A program made the translations under genes and the position numbers. Shown here in pieces: positions 55,276-64,000 of a DNA stretch of 64,000 bases (its first letter is position 1; the number at the start of each line of letters is the position of its first letter). The notes below the pieces were generated by a model that worked only from the letters and a program-made list of their open reading frames with translations, was not told the DNA's origin and made no database searches. The DNA lies in assembly GCF_006345805.1 (NCBI RefSeq), contig NC_042999.1, positions 26,598,001 to 26,662,000 on the forward strand, read 5' to 3'. The stretch comes from Octopus sinensis (Eukaryota).

Positions 55276-55690
55276 TCTCAAATAAAACCTTATTAACGCA
55301 AACAAATTTAGCTCAATTGAAACTAAATATGAGCAGGCGAAGAGACTTTCCAAAGATAGTACAAATGCCTAACTGCATCATAAATATCTTGGAGCTAAGC
55401 TACACAATTTTTTTTTGAAGATATTGGAGTTTTCTTCAAAATATTTTAGAAATATTGTTTTAAAATTCTAACAAAATATAGATTGACTTTGTATATGTAT
55501 ATCAGTATCAAAAACCTTCTGTTTACATTATTTTCTCGTCCAGTTCATTGTTATTCTCAGACGCATTCCACGATCTAATAGCCTATAACCATTGACCGTT
55601 ATAATGAAGCCATTTAACAATATCTCCGATGATTTAAGCCACTTAGTAAATGACTTCGAAAAGTATTTACTATAAGATAAGTATATCGTA
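55276..55690 (+). repeat. Direct repeat of about 415 bp, copy 1
   Basis: Highly similar to 59023-59439. Confidence 0.92.
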
Positions 55691-55968
55691 TGATTTAGTC
55701 TAATCATACACAAATCAAAAAGATGGCGGAGCGCGTCTTGAAATAGTTGAGAAAAAAGAAAACTGCTCCTCCCACGAATCTCGTGTCTGCTGAAGTTTCC
55801 CTCCCTTTTCTTCCGTTAGTGGCAACAATACAGGAGAAAGGGAGGAGAAAAACGAGACTGGAACAGTACTAAGTCCACTTCGTAGTAACAGCAACAGAAC
55901 TAATAACAGTAACAGCGGTAGCAGTGACAACAGCAGCAGCAGCAGCAACACTCACAGCAGATGAAGCG

Positions 55969-56014
<46 letters not shown>

Positions 56015-56345
56015 CAGTAACAACAATAACAGCGAAAGAGACAGCAACAGCAGCGGAAGCAGCGGTTCAAGTACTTGGACCTGGAGATCTCCATTTCCAG
56101 CGACTTCGAGGGCCACCTCCCAGTGGTGTCGGTCGTCAACGAAGCACCCTCGACTACAACAAGACGACCAAAGTTTTTTTCCAAGGTCTGGGGTCCCCTG
56201 TCCCTAAGCCCTAAACCATCACCTAATCACCCTTACCCGTCTTGTTGCTTAACAACAGCGGCAGTAGCGATGGTAAAAGCAGCAACAGAAATAGAGAAAA
56301 AAAAAAACTATCAGGTGGGTAGTCACTTTGGCACATTGGGCTTTG

Positions 56346-57280
56346 GGATCTTTTCTAAATGATGGACAGAATTTTCTAGTTAACTAAACAATTTGAAACT
56401 TCGTATACTGGTAGAATGTGTCAAAAGAAAACATTAATTACAACTAGATTTTTTGAGAAAATTGTATTTTGTAACTTTTACGTAGTTTAATTCTTCGAAT
56501 TTTAACCAATGGAATCCCAGTACTTGACCTAAATTCATTTGCTGCGTCTAAGTAAACAGCACACACATACACACACACACGTGTTATTCATCCATCACTT
56601 CTGTCTTCTGTAGGTGCTAGAAATAACAGCTATATCTCTTGAATCGATGAATTTCGTCGCCCAATAAAAATATTAACGATATTTTTTGGACTTTTAAAAC
56701 GCACCACTTACATACTTCACACGCACACACATACACAACAAAAAAAAAAACACACACACACATACACAACAAAAACATACACACACAGGTAGTCGTTCCG
56801 TAAGTCAGGGGTGACATTGAAATAAACATGGGTACCTGTGTGTGTGTTTTTTGTTGTGTATGTGTGTGCGTGTGTGTGTTTGTTGTGTGTTTGTGTTATT
56901 GCTGTGTATGTGTGTGTGTGTTTTATTGTTGTGTATGTGTGTGTGTGTGTGTGTGTGTTATTGTTATGTATGTGTGTGTGAGTGTGTTTTTGTTGTGTAT
57001 GTGTGTGCGTGTGAAGTATGTAAGTGGTGCGTTAGGCATGACTTTATGTGCGTGTGTATGTGTGTGCTGTTTACTTAGACGCAGCAAATGAATTTAGGTC
57101 AAATGCTGGGATTTCACTGGTTAAAATTCGAAGAATTAAACTACGTAAATGTTACAAAATACAATTTTCTCAGAAAATCTAGTTGTAATTAATGTTTTCT
57201 TTTGGCACATTCTACCAGTATACGAAGTTTCAAATTGTTTAGTTAACTAGAAAATTCTGTCCATCTTTTAGAAAAGATCC
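56346..57280. mobile_element. Merlin-like foldback element, subtype 3, TIRs about 220 bp
   Basis: ggatcttttctaaa...ttagaaaagatcc; perfect TSD gggctttg (56338-56345, 57281-57288); additional internal inverted repeat. Confidence 0.92.
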
Positions 57281-57334
57281 GGGCTTTGTATATTTTTCCC
57301 CAGTGTCATATTATTGGCGTGCACTTCTCTCGCA

Positions 57335-57354
57335 CTACTACTACTACTACTACT

Positions 57355-57391
<37 letters not shown>

Positions 57392-57540
57392 ACTACTACT
57401 GCTGCTGCTGCTGCTGCTACTACTATTACTACTACTAATACTACTACTACTAATACTACTACTACTACTACTACCACCACCACCACCACCACTACTACTA
57501 CTACTACCACTACCACCAATAATAATGATAATGATAATGA

Positions 57541-57599
<59 letters not shown>

Positions 57600-57622
57600 G
57601 TATGCATAATAATAATAATAAT
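57335..57622. repeat. Compound (CTA)/(CTG)/(CCA)/(AAT) microsatellite
   Basis: Read directly from the sequence. Confidence 0.95.
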
Positions 57623-57625
57623 CGT

Positions 57626-57846
57626 CCTGATGCACTACTAGGCTTCTGATCTTAACTGATTAAAGGTGTTATCATATATGTTGTTTAGTCTAGGTATAAA
57701 AGATGGGCTACAGCAACTATTCTGCACAATACCAAAGATTTGATTGTCAGTTGCTTGACCTTAATCAGTTGAGCACATCCCTTAGGGGCTGAAGATACAC
57801 GCATCGCTGATCAAGGGCAGAAGTAGTGGGGGAATAACATATCCAT

Positions 57847-57847
<1 letters not shown>
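57626..57847 (-). mobile_element. Probable LINE 3' end with (ATT)n tail
   Basis: Complex sequence between (AAT)n and (TA)n that resembles a common octopus repeat (from recognition only). Confidence 0.4.
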
Positions 57848-57912
<65 letters not shown>

Positions 57913-58196
57913 ATTATGTATACCATTATATACATTTTTAACTTAATTCGGATAAAACTGCATCACTTGCAGGAGAAAATGCTCGATATTATGTCTCAAA
58001 GGAATTTGAAGATTGTGGATCCGCGACCAAATCCGTGATATAAACGGTACAAAACTGAAAGATTGAGACATAATTCTGAGAAGAATATGCATATTGCAAT
58101 TACCTTTTCAATCAACAAACAAAAATCGATGTTTTCTCCTCTCTCTTCAGCTACCGAATCACCTCATGTTTTGTTATCTGACAACTTACAGCAAAA

Positions 58197-58270
58197 GATT
58201 TTCCCTTCAATATTGCACTTTAGTAAGTGAAAGGATTTTCCCTTCAATATTGTACTCTAGGAAGTGAAAG
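58197..58270. repeat. 37-bp tandem duplication
   Basis: gattttcccttcaatattg.act.tag.aagtgaaag x2. Confidence 0.9.
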
Positions 58271-59022
58271 GATATATTTCTCATAATGCAATCACCCTAA
58301 ATAACAAATATTAAGCAGCTAATGAAAGAACTTTCATGTGGTCAGCTACTTAAGCAATAAGTTTAGGAATCTAGAAATTCACAAGAGTCATGACCCTGCA
58401 CCTGGTTTTTATTATAGCCCCGTATGCCAGTCTAGAAGACATTTACTTCTTACAAAAGTATACCGACATACAAACATACAAAGATTTGTGTGTGTAGAAA
58501 AGCACTTGCACACACTCACACATGTACGTGTGTGTATACTTAAGTATACTTCCATATTTGTATGTATATGTATACAGGATTTATTTATATATAAATATAT
58601 ATATATATATATAATATATATATATATATATGCATATGCAGAGAGAGAGAGAGAGAGAGAGGGAAAGAGAGGGAAAGTTCGAGAGAGAGAGAGAGAGAGA
58701 TTTCGGCCGTACCATCAACCAAAGCGATTTCTGTTATTGGCAAATGAAAATAAACTTTTAACGTGTCCTTCTGGAGAAAATGAACCGCATATACGAGAGA
58801 AATTCGAACTGGTATCGCACGTCTCATGCACTTGAGACATAGCTACTGTGGCAAACTTTTACGTTGTTCTTATGAACTTTTGTTCTTAATCATGGGATGT
58901 CTGCTAATAAAGGAAACATAACAATAGTTGAACAAATATTAACAGTGGAATATTTTAAGTTTGGAACGAAGAAAAGAAAGTTACACGTACATTTGTATAC
59001 GCCAGAAGCAAAATTACTTCCT

Positions 59023-59439
59023 TCTCAAATAAAACCTTATTAACACAAACAAATTTAGCTCAATTGAAACTAAATATGAGCAGGCGAAAAGACTTTCCAA
59101 AGATAGTACAAATGCCTAAATGCATCATAAATATCTTGGAGCTAAGCTACACAATTTTTTTTTTAAGATATTGGAGTTTTCTTCAAAATATTTTAGAAAT
59201 ATTCTGTTTTAAAATTCTAACAAAATATAGATTGACTTTGTATATGTATATCAGTATCAAAAACCTTCTGTTTACATTATTTTCTCGTCCAGTTCATTGT
59301 TATTCTCAGACGCATTCCACGATCTAATAACCTATAACCATTGACCGTTATAATGAAGCCATTTCACAATATCTTCGATGATTTAAGCCTCTTAGAAAAT
59401 GACATCGAAAAGTATTTACTATAAGATAAGTATATCGTA
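59023..59439 (+). repeat. Direct repeat of about 415 bp, copy 2
   Basis: Highly similar to 55276-55690. Confidence 0.92.
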
Positions 59440-60789
59440 CTACCTTTATCAGCTTATGTATTCTCCTACACATTTTAAGAGAACACAGATTCCTGATGCT
59501 AATTATTCTCTTATATTTTCTGCATTGTAATATTCTCTTCATTTATCTGATACATTCGACATCACCTTTAATCTGTGATAAACTATTCATAATTGTATTC
59601 ATAATAGTAATACGACAATAATCTAGCTACACACTGTATAAATTAAAATCACTCTCTAGGATAAGAAGGGCGTTAGCTCAATCTTGGAATGTGGTCAAAT
59701 TTTGTAGTAAAATATAATAATATCGTAAATCGAACAATTCCTTATTTGCTGTAATATTTCCGTTGTCAAAGAAACGGTGTTGCTACTGCATTCATTTCAT
59801 TATATCATTTCTTCCCAATGTATCTTGATTAGCGGAATGAAATGAATGTATTGCATATTAAATAATGTTTCCTTAAATTTTATGCGAATCCAAATACACT
59901 CTCTATAGAATTATGTTCGCAAAGAAATTCCTTAGGGCAGAATACATGCAAAAATTGAATATACATCTGGTTTATAGATCTATTTGCGTCATACGTTGAT
60001 CAATGCCAACATAAAATTGACTTTATGAACAGAATGAATAAAAATACAAAGCGATTTCGTTACGTAAAATCCTTATTATAATCTTCGGTCTTAAGAATTT
60101 GCATTTATTGTTAAGTTCATGAGATTATTAATTACGCCTTTACTGTATTTCCTAATAATTCTTTCACTAGAATCTTATCAGTTCCATTGCCTTAATGTTC
60201 TTACCAGAATGCAGCTTGTGTTGTTGGGAGTTTTTGGCCATATATTTCATTCTCATCTTAAAACACTGAGTATCTAAGATACCTTTCTATTTCCCACAAA
60301 TCTCTGTTTGTGACAACGCAAACCAATATAATTTTTCTATCAGTGTTTTATTCGACAGAACAACCTAGATCAAGATTATTTGTGATCGAACCGTGATAAT
60401 ATTTTCTATTAATTTTTCCTGAAACTTTGAGATATGTATGTGCTGGGATTTAGGTGTTAATCTAGTAGAAAGAGAAATTCGAAATTAACAAGCAAGCTTG
60501 GTTATAGTTAGTGAATGAAAGAGATATCTCTTGTTATTCTAGCTACACTCCAGGACAGATATACATGACTCATATATGAGTACTTAAATCTGCTCTAGCG
60601 TTACAAAAATCAATTTACTTTAGAGTATCTTTTGCGCGTTGTGTATATTCCATCTCATCGAAATTATGCTACAAGTGACTGCAATACTTATTATTTTATT
60701 CCCTACTATTAGTCTTAGGAGTACAAATAAATCCAAAGTAATCCGAAACGACCACCGTCTGCGTCAATAATATTCCTCGAACTCATTTG

Positions 60790-61850
60790 TAAAAAAATTA
60801 TGTGGTTGACAGGGAACTTTTACATAATCAAAATGAATGTTATAACGTTACTAGAGAGATGAACAGTGGAAGAACAAGAAACGCGTCACAGAGCTGGCAT
60901 CGGGCATAGGGGTAATAGAGATGGAATATTATTATCACCGTTTTTATGAGACGTGACTGACAGAATATGGTAATGCCAATGATATTAGGTATACATGTAT
61001 CAAGAGTGGGTAACCAGCAGAATCGAGTAGGCCACTCAAAGTTTGCTCCGAGAGAAAATAAATGAAAACGACGAACAATATTTTATCAAATTCTTCCTAA
61101 AGATATATTTTATGAGACAGAATTATGGGAATGTCCAAAGAGAAATGAACGCCTTCTTACCATTAGCAGTATTTATACTCCTACGATGAGCAATTTGTTG
61201 TTACTACCACAGTGATGAGCCCGAGAATGGGTAAAATTAAGAGATGTGCGATAATCATATTTGTAAACATGGCATCCGAAATGCAGTACAAATGAGAATA
61301 TCACATCAATTCATGGTCCGAGGAAAGACGCATTATTCAAGGCACGGTCTTCCGGCAGAGAAGAGCTGGATAGTGATTTGGAAGAGAATGCGCCCAAAGC
61401 ACTGGCCTGAACCTTGACTACATCATAAATAAGCAGCAAGTCATGTTCGTATTCCAAGAGCACTGAAAGAACATTGCAGCATTGAGCGATAAATTTTCCG
61501 CTGATATTTCCCGCATAATGTCTGTCTTCAAACTGATTCTCAGCTTCAAGACCATTTAGCTAGCCGACGGGAGTGTGGTGGATAGAAATGTAAAAGAAAT
61601 TCTGGAAAGAATTAGCGGGAGGATCAGGAATAGTGGGAAAAAAATTCAAATTCATGACGATCATCCTTCAAGCCAAATGGTACGTAAAATCATGGTGAGT
61701 TGCGATTGAGATACACGATGATGCCAAACGCAAGCTGTTTAAACAAATCATTGAGATGGATAGCTGGATTACAGTAGCTCAAAAGAACAGAAGACATCTG
61801 CGATAAGAGTATCACAGTGCCACTCACAAGTTTACACATAGACTATCAAA
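60790..61850 (+). mobile_element. Very old LINE (RTE-like) AP-endonuclease region
   Basis: Fragmentary peptides VTREMN..VTEL and IYTPT (VYAPT-like); purine-rich; many stops. Confidence 0.4.
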
Positions 61851-62847
61851 GGAATTTTTGATGCTAGCAGCCGAACTGTAATGATGTTATTACTGAATTT
61901 ACATGACGATTCCCTATGATAGCTAACACCCTAAAGTACACGAATGGGTAGAAAATCTATGATTCTATAACAAAATTTCACAAGACACTTTTACTCTCGA
62001 AAGTGGACACAGATATAATGTCAATTTATTTGTAATGAGTTACTAAAAATTGTGATTAATCAAAAAACAAAGGTGAGGGATTAGTGAATACGAGACTGAT
62101 ACTCCAAAAACTGCTCGCACATTAGGCATTTTTGAACAGAGCAAGAGATGAGGCAGGGGTTCTCATTTTTGCTTTCACTTTTCAATACCTTTAATTTTGC
62201 TCCAATTGACATCAAATTTTGTATATCCATGTAGTTTTATATGCTGATTATGGAAATTCATATTTGCCATAGATGAATAAAAAAAAATTAATAGTTTTTA
62301 AAATATCCATATGCTGGGTAATTTTAGTCAATCGAAAGCCACAAACATATTGCTGCCTATATCCATAGTAAAATCCAAGGTACATATAGTCTACTTTTAT
62401 CCATTTTTTTTTATTGCTGCTCAGCCACGTTTAGTTTATCGTTTAGTTTTTCTTAGAAACGAACGGATATCTTTCGTTGTGTTTTCCTGCCTTTGCACGT
62501 CCGCTGATGTCTGAGAGACGAACGGTTGTTTTATACTGGATTTTCCTGCTATTTCCGTAGTTTTTTTTTTCGTAATTTAACGCTCACTTAAATTAAAAAT
62601 TCTTCTTTCCAGTGTTTGCACCCCTGTTCTAACATTTGAAATTACTTTATTCATTAAAGCTTATTAGAACTTCTGCCGTTGAATGTTTAGTCATCGAAAT
62701 GTTGTCATCATGCACAAAATCCCAGCTTCCAAATTCTGATTTTCATTTGGGTAAAAAGTCTATCAGAATAGTCAGAAGAATGCATACATATGTACATCCA
62801 TCCATCCATCCATATATATATTTATAAATATATACGTATATATATAT

Positions 62848-62895
<48 letters not shown>

Positions 62896-64000
62896 ATACA
62901 TACACATACAGGTACGTAATAGTGTACAAACAATTTACGTATTTATACACAAAGAGGTGACTTTCGACAAGACACATTACATGCTAGAAAGGGCAGTTAG
63001 AGTCCAAACCACGAATAAGAGCAATTTCAAAGGGAATGAAAATATAAATATTTTTGAAGTTACCCTCAGACTCAAGTTTCTGTATCAATGTACAAAATAA
63101 ATTAATTTACCATCCGTACTTCTTTAGTGAGGGCGCTAAAGTTAATGCATATTTATACAGCAAATAGCACCGAAAATACACGTGGTACGTACTTATACAT
63201 TATCATTATCAAATCCACCGCGCAAGCGCAGTTACATTCGGTAATAAGTATTAATGAAAAATTGAATCTGCGTAGCAGAAAGGCTTTGAAACTATCTCTT
63301 TTCTGTCTATCTCTCCCCCTCTCTTGTTCTTGTTATATATATATATAAACGGAGTATACAATAACTCATGAAAATAATATTAACGTTCAAGCTTCGCCGA
63401 TTTAATCTTCCATAGCGATGTAAAATTCAAGGGTACAATATAATTTAATAGTATGGTTTTTACTGTATAAATAGGCACCAGTTTAGTGTATATATATATA
63501 TATATATATATACATATATCAGTGGCGAATCCAGGTCATCAGCGTCACGCGGCCTCATCACAGATTTCGCATATGACACATGCCTGCCAAGACTTTCACA
63601 TTTTCCCGCAATATTTCTAGACCCAAATGACTTATCTTTTTATCTAGCAGTATGTATTTCTCCATTTCTAAGGTAAGGGTAAAAATAAAGCCACCCTGCA
63701 AAACGCAACTGATCGTGACATACAGACATACAGAATAACGGCAATCAAATAACGGCAACGAAGTGACCAACAAACATCAGCTATCTGAATGTCGCTTGTA
63801 CACTTGACAAGGGATACCAGTAACTCATTTACACCTACCAGGCTCATTCGCATTAGCCCGTGTTGCTGGATAATTTTTCGTTCCTTTGAAAATATTGTAG
63901 AATGAAAATTTTTATAGATTGGAATTTAAATCGTAATCTCTATAGAAATTGATAGTTTCATTGAATTTGAATTACTTTTGATCTTTCTGATAATAAATAA

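Noticed and set aside
58197-58270. 37-bp repeats as a CRISPR array (also 53149-53220)
   Set aside because: Head-to-tail duplications without spacers, eukaryotic context, no cas genes.
62154-62626. caggggt...acccctg as a hAT MITE
   Set aside because: Only a 7-bp inverted match and no TSD.

Overview
AT-rich, microsatellite-rich eukaryotic DNA. The SINE/LINE complement looks like an octopus (coleoid cephalopod) genome; this is recognition, not a database result. I found no convincing host protein-coding gene. Most long ORFs are microsatellite artefacts or decayed transposon ORFs. The window holds: (1) a Helitron PIF1-helicase remnant with an intact 3' end, plus two non-autonomous Helitrons and a HINE/DINE-like fragment; (2) non-LTR retroelement relics (Tx1/L1, RTE, R4/Dong, CR1) and Penelope-like elements (PLEs) with GIY-YIG domains; (3) three SINE families; (4) a mariner relic; (5) four GGATC-ended MITEs with 8-bp target-site duplications (TSDs), Merlin-like. 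The most interesting signal is a set of type I hammerhead ribozyme (HHR) motifs in at least three unrelated short non-coding repeat families. All have a palindromic stem III, some have an unusually long stem II, and one pair shows structure-preserving changes between copies. Several of these repeats are arranged as inverted repeats or abut (TA)n tracts, consistent with PLE terminal repeats or retrozyme-like elements. All coordinates were read by eye; the ends of decayed elements are approximate.
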